NCBI GenBank assembly: GCA_951406725.2
Contig: OX597827.1
Span: 10,478,001 to 10,542,000 of the forward strand
Reading direction: 5' to 3'
DNA: 64,000 nucleotides
Origin: Octopus vulgaris
Lineage: Eukaryota
Position 1 is the stretch's first letter. Every line of letters begins with the position of its first letter. The notes beneath the pieces are model-generated. The model saw only the letters and a list, made by a program, of their open reading frames with translations. It was not told the origin of the DNA and searched no databases. This document shows, one piece after another, positions 12,050 through 26,401 of this stretch. Made by a program: the position numbers and the translations under genes.

Positions 12050-12514
12050 ACTTTTAGAAAATTTTCAATTTATTACGTTTATATATTTGTTGTGCAAGAT
12101 TTTTTATGTGAAGTCGTGTGTTGAAACAGATATTGTTATATTTCGGAATGGTCATTTTGCCAGTTTAGCCAATAAAAACACACGCACTATATAATTGATG
12201 TTATTTTGCTTCAGTGTTATTTATTTTTTACATTAATCTTAATCTTATTTCAGCCAGAGTTCTTTCGTCACACTCCTGTGACCGCATCAAAATACAAAAT
12301 GGCTGATGGTTAGTAAGGAGAGACACAAATAAGAAAGAAGAAAACAAAGGACCACTGATGCGGTCACAGGAGTGTGACGAAAGAACTCTGGCAGAAATAA
12401 GATTAAGATTAATGTAAAAAATAAATAACACTGAAGCAAAATAACACCAAATATATAGTGCCTGTGTTTTTATTGGCTAAACTGGCAAAATGACCATTCC
12501 GAAATATAACAATA
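12050..12514. mobile_element. Second Penelope-like fold-back element
   Basis: Inverted arms 12131-12289 and 12356-12514, 66-bp spacer, and a left-side extension (left boundary approximate). A hammerhead-like motif sits at the inner end of the right arm. Confidence 0.68.
12352..12391 (+). ncRNA. Putative minimal type-I hammerhead ribozyme, A9C variant
   Basis: CCA-CTGATGC-G-GTCACA(GGAG)TGTGAC-GAAA-GAACT-C-TGG. Stem I is CCA/TGG, stem II is 6 bp, and the cleavage triplet would be CUC. Confidence 0.55.
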
Positions 12515-12596
12515 AATTCAGTTTATTAGTTTCAACGATTTGGCCTGTAGGTACTGTAAAGTTTCGAATCATTACATTTTCTTCCTCTGTTACAAC

Positions 12597-12870
12597 CTAA
12601 GGGTGGTGCCTATACCACTTGTCAACAGTTTTGATTTTATAATGCCAACAATGTAAATATTGACCAATAGTGTCATGTCTTGATTTATACTCTGCTGCTG
12701 CAAAAACTTTACATTCAGAGATTAGGTGGTCCACTGTTTCAATGTCATCATTGTGGAAAGTTTTCATCACATTGGCTTCGTAGTTCCAGGTCAATAAGCT
12801 TTGATATTAAGCAGCTAAGATGAAGCCTTCACTCTCTGCCCTTAGCCCTAAGCTCCATAGTCACTGACAG
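12597..12870 (-). mobile_element. R4/Dong-like (REL-endonuclease clade) non-LTR retrotransposon fragment
   Basis: GLRAESEGFILAA..SL..NYEANV..IETVDHLISECKV..EYKSRHDTIGQYLH..WYRHHP, the zinc-knuckle/RHD region, with stops and indels. Confidence 0.75.
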
Positions 12871-12948
12871 GTGTACATCTGGTGTATCCTCCTCCTCCTC
12901 CTCCTCATCATCATCATCAATATACCATTATCAGTATTATTAAAGCCC

Positions 12949-13170
12949 TGAGCTGGCAGAACTGTTCACACACTGGGAAAGATGCTTAGTGTGTTTTCGT
13001 CCGCCTTTATATTCTGAGTTCGAATTCCACCGAGACTGAATTTCCCTTTCATCCTTTCAGGGTCGAGAAATTACGTACCAACGAAACATTGTGGATGATG
13101 TAATCAACTAGTGCCCTCCCTACAAATTTCAGGCCTTGTGCCTATGGTAAGAAGGATTATTAGTATTATT
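12949..13170 (+). mobile_element. SINE B-related copy with alternative tail (B2)
   Basis: GAGCTGGCAGAA head and CTTTCATCCTTTCAGGGTCGA body. Tail is AAATTTCAGGCCTTGTGCCTATGGTAAGAAGG(ATT)n. Confidence 0.75.
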
Positions 13171-13173
13171 ATT

Positions 13174-13204
<31 letters not shown>

Positions 13205-13599
13205 GTATGCATTAGTACTAAATTAATATTCAATTTTTGCAGAAAGCTTTCAATAGCAAGTGTATCTTAACTTGTTCATTAAAAGAATACTATTGCATGC
13301 TTGTACACACACATTGATAGACACTCACACACATTCATGTATACACAACAACAACAACAACAACACCAAAGACAACAAAACATCGACAACAACAGCAAAT
13401 GCATAAACATATTGGTTTCAGATATTCATCAAGCTGAATGTGACCACTAGAGATCTATTACCTATCACAATGGTGATAATTTTTTAGCACTCTCGGTCTT
13501 CATATAATTGCCATAAGCATGCTCTATATGCAGTGTATGTGTGCATGTGTGAAACATATGGGTGCAGATGACTTAAACACCCACTATGCATTTATTCAT

Positions 13600-13781
13600 A
13601 TATGTATATAGGCATTTATGTACACGCACATATATATGTATATGTATACATATATACATATATATATATATATACACACAAATATACATATACACGCACA
13701 CATATATGTGTATATATATATATATATATTATACATATACACACACATATGTATATATATATATATATATGTGTGTATATG

Positions 13782-13823
<42 letters not shown>

Positions 13824-13943
13824 GTGTGTGTATATGTATATATATATATATTATACATACATATACACACACATATGTATATATGTATATATATATACAC
13901 ACATATATGATATATATATATATGTATATATCATACACACACA

Positions 13944-14016
<73 letters not shown>

Positions 14017-14441
14017 TTATATATGTATATATATATACATATATATATATGTATATATATATACATACATATATATGTATATATGCACGTGTGTTAGGGG
14101 TTGTATTTAATGTATTTAATATCCATAGCTACATCTGCTTTTTACAAGGCAGCAATATACAGCAACTGCCTTTCTTATTTCTCTTCAGTAGGTTCTTCTA
14201 TTTCGTTCAGTAGATATGAAATGGACCAAGTGAAATTCTTATTTCAAACTGGGGCATTCATCTTGTCATTTGCATAATAAAGAACAAGAATATTTATCTA
14301 AGAAGCTTTTTCTATCTTGATTTATATATATATATATAAAATATAAAAAATACATACATATACATGCACGTATACAGATTTATATCTGCATATGTGCATG
14401 TGTGTGTATGCATACATATATGTATATATATATGCATGTAC

Positions 14442-14523
<82 letters not shown>

Positions 14524-15157
14524 CATATATACACAAACATATATGCCTATTTTTTTTATAAATACATTTATATTTTTCACTTCCATTATAGCCCTCGTTG
14601 CAATTTTACTTTTCTTTAAATTTATCTAAACCATATATATTCATATTTATTACTTTTTCCATTTGGATATTTTTGAGTGGAAACAGAAATATTTCCAATT
14701 TTCCAGTTGGCATGGCTTCTTGTTAGTGAAAACACTTTGCTTTAGTAGCAATTCTCCATTGTTGTAATTCAAATGCCAACAAATCACACACGTCATTGCT
14801 TAGACTTTCATGTAAATTAATTCAGCTGTGCTTCTTTTGCAAAAGGAAAAAGTTGAAATTCTATATACATATATGTATGTATACGTATATGCACACACAC
14901 ACACATGCACACACACGCGCACACACACACGCACACACACACACACACAAACATGCACACACATACTTAGAATATATATATATTTATAAATATAAAAGCA
15001 TACTATATATATATATATAGTATGTTTGGGTATAAATCATATACCTGTGCAAATAATAGTATATGTGTGTATATATGTATAGATATGTATGTATATGTGT
15101 GTATTTTTGTGTATATATATATATTTATATATATATACATATATATATGTGAATATA

Positions 15158-15212
<55 letters not shown>

Positions 15213-15352
15213 TATACGTGTGTGTGTGTAAGTAAAAGTGATAAAAAGGAATTTATATATAAATATATAACTGAGCATAGCGAAAAATATGCATGAACTT
15301 ATGTATATGTATATGAATACATACATACATACATACATATATATACACATAT

Positions 15353-15410
<58 letters not shown>

Positions 15411-15450
15411 GTATATATGTATATATATATATATATATACACACACACAT
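13600..15450. repeat. Clustered (TA)n/(CA)n/(TACA)n microsatellite tracts
   Basis: Direct reading; source of the YI-repeat ORFs. Confidence 0.95.
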
Positions 15451-15997
15451 ATACCATGTAAATAAAAGTTATAACTATCAATCTATCATTCCATCTCACT
15501 CCATATATCTCTGTATGTTCGTGTGTACATGTGTGGTTATATGTGTGTGTATGCTTTTATGTAAATGTATATAGGTAATAAATGATTGAAGCGTCTCATT
15601 TTATAGCCATTGCGATTGGGAAAAGCTTTTCTTCCCCTTTTCTAATCATCTCTCAAGAACTCCTGAACAGTCAGTTTGCTTTTAAAATCTACTTTGCCAA
15701 CCATGAAGTTTTATCTACTTTTTATTTGCCATCCTTTCATACTGAGAAAAATTCTTCCTAAGATTTTGTTTTCTGCATTTTTTTTTTTTGTTTTGTTTTA
15801 TATTAATACTTCCTTCCCTATTATGACTTTTGTATGTGTGTATATGTTTGTATGTATGTGTGTGTTTTTGTTGTTTTAGCATTGTATTTTTTTTTTTTTT
15901 TTTCACAGTTTTTGTGCCATTAAAGATCACTTTTTCGTTACTTTACCAGTAAAATGCTGGATCTGTCTGCTGAACGAATTCATTACAGATGTTATTC

Positions 15998-16007
15998 TAA
16001 TAACAAC

Positions 16008-16057
<50 letters not shown>

Positions 16058-16207
16058 CAACAACAACAACAATAATAACAACAATGATAACGATTTCATT
16101 TATTTGCCGATAATAATAATAATATTAATAATAATAATAATAATAACAATAACAATAACAATAATAATAATATTAATAATAATAATAATAGTAATAATAA
16201 TAATAAT

Positions 16208-16251
<44 letters not shown>

Positions 16252-16289
16252 TAACAATAACAATAATAATAATATTAATAATAATAATA

Positions 16290-16373
<84 letters not shown>

Positions 16374-16428
16374 TAATAATAATAATAATTATAATAACAA
16401 TAATAATAATAGTAATAATAATAATAAC

Positions 16429-16463
<35 letters not shown>

Positions 16464-16493
16464 TAATAATAATAATAATAATAAATAATAATG

Positions 16494-16528
<35 letters not shown>

Positions 16529-16570
16529 GATTCCATTTATTTGCCAATAATAATAATAATAATAATTTAT
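15998..16570. repeat. (AAT)n/(AAC)n microsatellite, ~570 bp
   Basis: Direct reading. Confidence 0.97.
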
Positions 16571-17970
16571 TAATGGTTTGGTTGTGTTGTTGATGCAATC
16601 CATTTATTTCTTTTCTTGAATATTAATGACATCAAGCATGTATCATTGCGATGCTTGGTTTTCATCCAAAGAGATGATATAAGATGTTCTTCCCACTTAC
16701 ATTTTCAAGCTGCAGTTGTCAAAGAACATAAGAAAATCCATTTTTTTTTTTTTGGTGCTTTCACTTTTCAACAGAAAGGGCATTTATTACAACAAGCAAA
16801 TTTTATTTGGGTTAACTTTGAGTGTGCCTAATTAATTAGCAAAGGAATGAAAGAGGCTTCAACATCAATCATCTCCACACTCACACACACACACACATAT
16901 ATATATATGTATATATATATATATAATCACTGTGATTTGTCGCGTAAAAAATTTTGTAAGTTTAGGAGTGAACAAAAAACCTTGAGTCCCTAAGAAATTA
17001 GTGCTGATCTGTATCAACAAAAGTCAGCTAATGAAAATCTCAGAATTGAATAAGTTCGTGTGTTGTGAGGAAAAGGGAATTGTAATGTAAATTTGGAAAT
17101 CTGAGGAAATTTGTAAGGGGCTGTGGCAGCAAGAATAAATCTTGTTCTCTCCACTGTTAAAAAGAAATAGCCCAAAATGATAGATTTGTAATTCCTCTAT
17201 ATCACTGAATCTATTTGACATGCAACAAATTCTTCTCTTGAATCCTAATGTTTTTGAAGAAGCTCTTCTTTAAAAAAAAAAGGCCATTATGTGAAATGCT
17301 ATAATTCACTTCTGATGGCAAACTCATGGATGAAAATCGAAACAGCATGCTGATGTCCTTGAGAGAAAGCAACACCAAAATGGCAGTCTGCCTAAAATAT
17401 TTGGGGCGGCATTTCAGCGGAAATCTATTATTTATTTTTTTATGAAATAAAACAAAAAAATCCTCATGGATTTTGTCCAGAAAAATTGCTGAAGCTTACA
17501 CTTTATCTTCATATGACAGGACATCCAGTGGCAGGGGTGCATAGATTTAATACTAGTGATAGACCTAGCGACACAAATCCTAAAGAAAAACACTGGAAAA
17601 GTACCGAGGCCTGCAGTAATTAAAATTTTGTAGTGACAAAAATTCCAGAGAAAAACACTGGAAAAGTACCGAGGCCTGCAGTAATTAAAATATTGTTAAT
17701 CAAAGGAGAAATTTTGCTTTCATACAAAAAAAAATAAAAGTGTGTATTTACAAATCATTGGTTTCTGATCTAGGTACAGGGAAAGCAATTGTGATGGGAG
17801 GTGTTTGTTGATAACATTTGGCCTTGCACTTAGTCGGCACTTTATTTTAACATCTCTGAAAGGATGTAAGGCAAAGCTGACCCAAGTGGGATTTAAACTT
17901 AGAATGCAAAAATCTAGAACTCATACTGCAAAGTTTTTTTTCCTTTCCAATGTCTTAATTCTTTCAAGAC

Positions 17971-18201
17971 CTATTTCTTTATTACCCAGAAGGGGCTAAA
18001 CACAGAGGGGACAAACAAGGACAGACATAGGTATTAAGTCGATTACATCGACCCCAGTGCATAACTGGTACTTAATTTATCGACCCCGAAAGGATGAAAG
18101 GCAAAGTCGACCTCGGCGGAATTTGAACTCACAACATAACACAGACGAAATGCCGCTAAGCATTTCGCCTGGCGTGCTAACGTTTCTGCCAGCTCACTGC
18201 C
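17971..18201 (-). mobile_element. SINE B, full length
   Basis: Reverse complement of the 54581-54810 copy, flanked by ATTCTTT(C/T)AAGACCT direct repeats. Confidence 0.9.
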
Positions 18202-18714
18202 TGTATTCTTTTAAGACCTAACAGCTGCTGGAACCAGTAAAAGAATAACATACATCAAAAACTAAAACTGACACTGCTACATCTACAACTACATCAACAG
18301 TAACATTAGCATTGATGGTAATAAAGTATTTTTATTGAAGCAAAAGATCAATTTTCATATTTATGTTGGTGTTAATATATTTGATAGAAGGGTGATTTAA
18401 AAAGCTAAGTTATATGGTAAAAACAAAAAAGTACAATACAAGCCATTAATCATATCATTCTAATTATTTTGACAAGCATGGTTGACAGCATGTTTCTGTC
18501 TTATTATGACCTCATCTATGAAGCAAAAGCTTCAACATAGGCTGAGAGACTACAAAGTGATTCACCCTGTTGTTGTTATTTGTCCCTCAGTCAATTCTGA
18601 TGGAACAAACATATGAAAGAAACTCCATTTTTATATTAAAAAGACACAATATACCCATGCAGTGGGATTAAACCTGAAATTATGTATATGTGTAGAGAGA
18701 GAGATGTCAATCCT

Positions 18715-19082
18715 TTATCCTCTACTTGTTTCAGTCAATGGACTGTGGCCAAGCTGGGGCACCACCTTCAATACTACAGAATTGATATTTTTTTTCAAAA
18801 TCTTAGTAATTATTTTGTCAGTCTCTTTTGCCAAACCGCTAAACAGACCTACACTGATTATCAAGTGATAGTGAGTGTCAAACACAAACCACAGTCTCTT
18901 CTCCCCACTACTTATATATACATATGATGGGCTTCTTTCAGTTTCTATCCACAAAATCCTCTCACAATGCTTCGCTCAGCTAAGGGCTATTTTAGAAGAT
19001 ACTTGTCCAAAGTGCCTCTCAGTGGAACTGAACCAGGAACCATGTGGTTTGTAAGCAAACATTTTACCACACAGCCATGCCC
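18715..19082 (-). mobile_element. SINE A, diverged
   Basis: TACTTGTTTCAGTCA tail through GAACCATGTGGTT..ACCACACAGCCA head. Confidence 0.8.
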
Positions 19083-19139
19083 ATATATACATGTGTGTGT
19101 GTGTGAGCATACATATATATGTGTGTGTATATATGTATG

Positions 19140-19183
<44 letters not shown>

Positions 19184-19189
19184 TATATA

Positions 19190-19220
<31 letters not shown>

Positions 19221-19231
19221 GTATAAATATG

Positions 19232-19284
<53 letters not shown>

Positions 19285-19430
19285 TATATCTATACATACA
19301 TACATTTACATTTATATATATATGCGTGACAACACAACATATATATACATTCATACACACACACACATATATATACCTACCTACATATTATGCATACATA
19401 CACACAAACACACACACATATATATGTATG

Positions 19431-19585
<155 letters not shown>

Positions 19586-19949
19586 AGAAAGTGAAAAAGA
19601 GTGAATGAGAGAGAGAGAGAATGTAGGGTGGAATCTGAAAGAGATTTTACTACTATATCTAGCAGACCAGACAACCTTATAGAGACACCTGGTAGTGGTG
19701 GCAGTAGTAGCGGTGGTAGTTTTAGTGGAGGCATGTTGGTGGTGGTGGGGTTGGGGTGGGGGGTTGTACTGGAGTTGGTGTTTGAGGTGGTTTCAGTCAT
19801 GTAGAAAATATTGAACAAAGCTCTGTACTGCCTGTCAAAAAGGTGTGTGTAGTTAAAACATCAATCTAGCTATGAGTTTGATCACTACTGAAGGAGAAAT
19901 AGCAGTGTTTCACACATGATTTGCACACATCAACTGTCTCTTTTGAGTT

Positions 19950-20871
19950 TTTCTATCAACTCTCACCACCATACTTTCCTCTCTCTCTCCCCACCACTAC
20001 CCCCTACCACCTTGTATTTCCCCGCCTACTTTTCTGTAATATTCTTTCTTTTCCTGTATTCCTTTGTACCCTCCTCTCTTTGCCATTCTCTCATTCTCTT
20101 ACTGTCTTTTTTTTTCTCGTCCCCTCTCATCTTTATCTTTTATTTCCCATCTTTTACAAACTCAATCATAATTCTTAGTATCTCTTTTCTATTCCCTCCT
20201 CTCTCTCCCCCCTCTCTCTCACACACACTCTCCCTCCAACTTTCCCTCTCTCTCCTTCCCTCTCTCCCCCTCTCCCTCCTGCATTCTCTCTTTGTATTTC
20301 TTCAGTTCTTTTCTTCTTTCCTTTCATCTCCATTTTTTTCTTTTAAACTTATTATTCACTCTCTTTTACTTTATTACACTTTCATTCACAACCCAGTTAT
20401 GAGAACTATCTACCTGGTCATTTGATTTGGCTAGAAATAATAGCCAACTTTCAAATCCCTCTCTTCCATCTTGAAAAAAAAAACCAAAAAAAAAAACAAT
20501 CCACAGAATATCATCTGTATACACAATTTAAATAAGATAGGATTGATCAAAGATGGAATATTTTTAATCCTTGGGGTGCCTGGTCAGAGCTAACTTAGGG
20601 TTAAACAGCAAAAGCAGCCCTTTCACTCCTTTTCTCTCCTCCAGCTCCCGCTCCTTCTACATTCAGGTTTTCAAACTTCTGTTTTCCTCCCACTTCTACT
20701 CTTCCTTTCCCTTTGCTGTCACAGTCAATTTCTTTTCATTTTATTCTTCCCCACTTTCTCAATCCTAAGTTTTCCCTCCTACTCCACTTTTAAAGAGATT
20801 CTTTCTCATTTTCTCTTTCTTTCTTTTTCACCTCTTACTCTTGCCACTTGCTTGAATCATCTCCTCTTCCA

Positions 20872-20911
<40 letters not shown>

Positions 20912-20990
20912 CCTTTCTTTCACCTGTCATTCTCTTGGCTTGATACTAACACATTGCTTCCTATCCTGTATTAATTACTCTCCCTCCCTT

Positions 20991-21021
<31 letters not shown>

Positions 21022-21610
21022 TTCACACTCTTTCACACTCTCTTTTCCCTCTTTCTGTTTTCATGCTTTTACCTTCTATTCTGTTTTGTTTACCCCTTTC
21101 CTCTCTTTATCTCTGTCTGTGTCAGTCTTTCAAGTCTCTGTTTTTCTTTTTCTCTCCTTCTTCAGTATTCTCCTTCTCTCCCTCCTCTCTCTCCCTCCTT
21201 TCTCTCTCTCTCTCTCCTTCTCTCTGATTACTAAAGCATCTCTCAACCTTCAACTTTTCTTGTTTACTGCCACTCTCTGCTTCCCATTTGTTCTTACTCA
21301 ACCTCTTTATCCCCCTCTGTCTTTTTCTTCATCTCTCTCTCTCTCTCACTTCATTTCTCTTCCTCTTCATCTCTCTCTCTCTCTCTCTCACTTCGTTTCT
21401 CTTCCTCTTCATCTCTCTCTCCCTATTACTCACTCAAGCTTTTTTTCATTCATCTTAATTATCAATCTCATATATTTTAACTGGGTTTTCTTTTTTTCTG
21501 TCTTATATCTATCTATCTTCCATCTCTCTGAGCCCCTCCCCCACACTCTCTCTCACACACATATGCGTACATACATACATACATACATACATACACACAT
21601 ACATACATAC
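19950..21610. repeat. Pyrimidine-rich (CT)n low-complexity region
   Basis: Strong C/T skew on the + strand with several (CT)n runs. Confidence 0.85.
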
Positions 21611-22365
21611 ACTTTTCCCTTTATTTTTAAGTCTTTCCTTCATTTTATCTCTTTTGTCATATTATTTATATTTTCACTCTTACTAGCTGTTATTATCTCC
21701 CATAAAATAAATTCATTCTGATATATCTTTCAGAACAAAACTTTTTTCTGTTTGATTCATTCACTAGAGAATATTGCCAGAAAATTTCGTTCATATCTTT
21801 CCTTTTAATTTATTTTTTCATCTATTATTTCTTCATTCTTTCTTTTTTCTTTGTTTTTTTTTTCATTCTACTCTGTTCTTTTAAAATATTATCTAAGGAA
21901 TCAAATTGCTTTTCTTTGCTTTGGTCCAAAGAATTATCCTTGATGCACCACTCTACACAAATTGAAAAAAAAAAAAATTGCTTTCATTTAAGTTGTCATA
22001 ATACAACTTTCTTCTTTTGTGTTCTTTTGTGTTCTTCTATTTTTTTTTTTTAAATTTGTATACTTGTTTGTAGTTTTGCATTTTTCCTACATTTATCATC
22101 ACCTATCTTCGCAATCATCTTCATCAGTGTCTCTTGCAGAGAATAGCTTCTACTTTTTTGGTTCCTTGAATTCCATTGGAATATTTCCATCTCTGTTTAG
22201 CTAATCAAACACAACACATATGATGATAGCATTCAAACGTTTGGTACTTTTTGGTGGTGCTTTGAAAAGGCAAATGGAAATATTTGTCATAAAAGTGTGC
22301 TCGCGAAAGCACTGTCTTTTAAATAGGAACATATATATAATATTTATGTAATGATATGAATATGC

Positions 22366-22428
<63 letters not shown>

Positions 22429-23477
22429 AATATATATATGTATATATATATATCACTTATCTGTCTGTCAATATATATATGATTTGAATTATATGGATAT
22501 ATATGTATGATATATATACACACATATATGTATGTGTGTATGATATATGTGTGTGTGTATATATGTATGTATGTGTGTATGCACGTGTGTGCAATAGGAG
22601 CATGTGTGTTCACAAACACATTTATGTACATCTATCTACATATATATATACCTATAATATATATATTTATATATACATATATATATATATATATACATAT
22701 GTGTGAGTTTTTGTATGTACATCATATGTATAGAATCATTTTGCTTCTGCTTTCCCATGGTAACATGAGTTGAACAAGTCATTATAACTCAAGTCAAATC
22801 TTAATGCTTTTCCTTATTCCATTTTTGATATTGCTTCTACAACTAGATGCCCTTTCTGTTGCTACCTACTTCACAAAACCAATGCGAGAGTTTTTCTCTC
22901 ATCTTCAGCAATATTTCCATTTATTTGTTCCTTTTCTTCCTTCAGAGCTGAGTAGGAGGAGAGACAGGGGTATGGTAGAAGAGTAAAACAATAGATTTAG
23001 GGTGATAAATGCAAGAAGGAAATACAAGAAGAAAAGAGAGTGAGAGAGAGGAAGGGAGAGAGAGTAATAGAAGAATGAAGGAAGAAGGCAGCTATATCAG
23101 GGTAGTTGGTAAAGATATTGGATAGAAGCATTCTAATTGACTGAGATAGTGAAAGAAAAATGAATGATAACAACAAAGCAGAGTTAGAGGAAAGAAAGAA
23201 AAGAAATAGAAGTAAACCAGAGTAACACGATTAAGGTAAAAGTAAAAAGGTAAAAAGATTAAGGTAAAAGTAATGGCAGAGCAGGAGAGAATAAGATGGG
23301 AAGAGGGAGACATCTTCCTGATGATTGTTACCAAGGAGTTTGAATAGAAAACTCATTAGTGTTATGATGGGAGAAACGAGAGAGTGAGACTCATAGGCCG
23401 TAAAATAGGAAAAAAGCTGTGGGAATAATGAGAATGAGAGAGTGATGAGAGAGAGGAGTAATGGATGTTAATAATTA

Positions 23478-23846
23478 GAGAGGCGGTTGGATGGAACCTA
23501 CACTCGCCTCCTTATGAGAGCTCAAAATCTCTCGTGGAAGCGCCATCCAACCAAAGTACAAATATATGGGAAACTACCACCTGTGTCATCTCTTGTGAAA
23601 GGTAGGAGAGTCCAGTTTGCTGGACATTGTTGTAGAGCTGAAAAAGAGGTAATTTCTACTCTTCTCCTCTGGAAGCCATCTACTCGCAATACCAGAGGGC
23701 GCACACTCTCCTACCCTGATGTAATCTCCAGGGATACAGGCATCCAGCAACAGGACCTCCGTAATGCCATGATGGACCGTGAAGTCTGGCGTAGCATGGT
23801 AAATTCCATTGTCTCGACCACGGTCGAACAATGATGATGATGATGA
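23478..23846 (+). mobile_element. 5'-truncated RTE-type LINE, ORF C-terminus plus (TGA)n tail
   Basis: LDGTYTRLLMRAQNLSWKRH..RRVQFAGHCCR..DREVWRSMV, then a stop followed immediately by TGATGATGA. Confidence 0.8.
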
Positions 23847-24133
23847 GTGAGAGAGGAGGGAATAATTTGAGTAAGTGTGATGGAAAGCCGTCATGATGGC
23901 TAAGACAGTGGTATGCAATTGGGAGTGATTGATGTTAATAATGAGTGACGCAGGAGCAATTAATGAGAAAAGTAGGGAAGGGAACAGAGAGGGAACAAGA
24001 GAGGGACAGAGAGTAAGGGCCAGCATGAGTTGGACACGGCATAGCACATCAAGGGTCTTCCACAAAAGCCGGCATTAACCAATACCTCGTGGGTGAATTT
24101 GGAAAATGGAAACTGTGTGGAAGCTTGTCATAC

Positions 24134-24169
<36 letters not shown>

Positions 24170-24332
24170 ATGTGTGTATATGTGAGTGTGTCTGTGTTTT
24201 TATGATTGTCCCCCACCCCACCCTTTGGCAACCAGTGTTGATTTGCTTACATCTCCATAAGTTGGGAATTCAGCAAAAGAAAAAATTGAATAAGTATCAG
24301 GCATTAAAATATCTAAACTCTGGGTCTGTCTG

Positions 24333-24370
<38 letters not shown>

Positions 24371-24682
24371 GATCTCTTTTGCCGAACCGCTAAGTGACGG
24401 GGACGTAAACACACCAGCATCGGTTGTCAAGCAATGCTAGGGGGACAAACACAGTCACACATATATATATATATATACATATATACGACAGGCTTCTTTC
24501 AGTTTCCGTCTACCAAATCCACTCACAAGGCATTGGTCGGCCCGGGGCTATAGCAGAAGACAGAATAAGATAGAATAAGTACTGGGCTTACAAAAAATAA
24601 GTCCCGGGGTCGATTTGCTCGACTAAAGGCGGTGCTCCAGCATGGCCGCAGTCAAATGACTGAAACAAGTAAAAGAGTAAAA
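24371..24682. mobile_element. Rearranged SINE A: inverted middle segment (24371-24561, -) joined to forward tail (24562-24682, +)
   Basis: Both parts match the SINE A consensus in opposite orientations. Confidence 0.8.
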
Positions 24683-24752
24683 TAGGTATATATTAAACAT
24701 ATATAGATATAGATACATAGGGATATTACACACACGTATATACATATATAAG

Positions 24753-24791
<39 letters not shown>

Positions 24792-25020
24792 ATATGTATG
24801 TATGTATACATACATATATATATATATATGCATAAATAGGTTAATATTGGCAAAGGTGCTATATGTAGCAGTGATGGCTGTTTGATAATGCCAATGATGA
24901 AGATTGAGATATATCTTTACAAATATATTTTTATTCGTATTTTCTCTTCCCATATCTAATTCCATCACTGTCTATGTACAGTGTGTGCACGTGCTTGTAT
25001 GTATGCGTAAGCCTTTGTGT

Positions 25021-25072
<52 letters not shown>

Positions 25073-25530
25073 ATGTGTGTGTGCTTATCTTCCTTCAATC
25101 GTAAAACCGCATCGTTTTGTGAAAAATAATGAAACAAACTGGGGATGCTTTTAAAGTGTAAACACCACCTGGTTTCAATTCTCGGTTGAAACCATTCCAA
25201 TGTTATTACAGTCTTAATGTTCTTGGAGAAATCTTAGCATCACAAAAACCTTATCTTTCTTCACCCTGTGCCTAGTCAAAACACAAATCTCTCGGAGAGT
25301 CACATATAGAAGGAAATTTATCAGTTTATCAGTTATCAGGATATCTCGGCAGGAATATTATTTTATTTATCATATATAATTGATATGTGTGTCTGCTGTG
25401 TATATGCACACGCACACGTAACAGACACACACGCACACACACACACACACAAACATGCATGCACACACATATAGGGATGGTTGGATGAATGGATGGATGG
25501 ATTCAGATATAAATATATGTGTGTGTGTGT

Positions 25531-25573
25531 ATCATCATCATCATCCTCATCATCATCATCATCATCATCATCC

Positions 25574-25606
<33 letters not shown>

Positions 25607-25625
25607 CCATCATCACCATCACCAC

Positions 25626-25715
<90 letters not shown>

Positions 25716-25775
25716 CCTCCTCCTCCTCCTCCTCCTCCTCATCATCATCATCATCATCATCATCACCATCTTCAT
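25531..25775. repeat. (CAT)n/(CCT)n microsatellite
   Basis: Direct reading. Confidence 0.97.
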
Positions 25776-25848
25776 TATTTTAATGCCCATTTTTCCCTGC
25801 AGCTTAGGTAAGATGCAATTCATCAAAGCACATCTTCCACATCTGAAA

Positions 25849-26207
25849 GGGATTAAGTCGATTATATTGATCCCAGTGCGTAACAGGTACTTAATTTATC
25901 GACCCCGAAAGGATGAAAGGTAAAGTCAACCTCGGTGGAATTTGAACTTAGAATGTACCGGCAGATGAAATACCTATTTCTTTACTACCCACAAGGGGCT
26001 AAACACAGAGGGGACAAACAAGGACAGACACACAGATTAAGCCAATTACATCGACCCCTGTGCATAACTAGTACTTATTTAATCGACCCTGAAAGGATGA
26101 AAGGCAAAGTCGACCTCGGCGGAATTTGAACTCAGAACGTAACGGCAGACGAAATATCGCTTAGCATTTCACCTGGCGTGCTAACGTTTCTGCCAGCTCA
26201 CCGCCTT
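25849..26207 (-). mobile_element. SINE B full copy (25972-26207) fused in tandem to a partial B body
   Basis: Junction CAGATGAAATA|CCTATTTC; both parts match B. Confidence 0.82.
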
Positions 26208-26401
26208 ACAGGTAGACTATTTTGGCTGGATATGGCTGCTTTAAATGCTAAAGAATTAATGTTCTGGGCCCGAATCATACTAAGATTGACTTTACTATGC
26301 ATTCTTTCAAGCTGAAAAATAAGTGCCAGTCAAGCACTGAGGATTATGTAGTCGACTCTGTTCTTCCACCAAATATGAAATTACATGTATATTAGCAATT
26401 C

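Noticed and set aside
11490-12050. GGGGGTGCA..TGCACCCCC hairpin and adjacent short ORFs
   Set aside because: Probably a DNA-transposon end plus a decayed retroelement piece, but no matching second terminus or motif was found to support a call.
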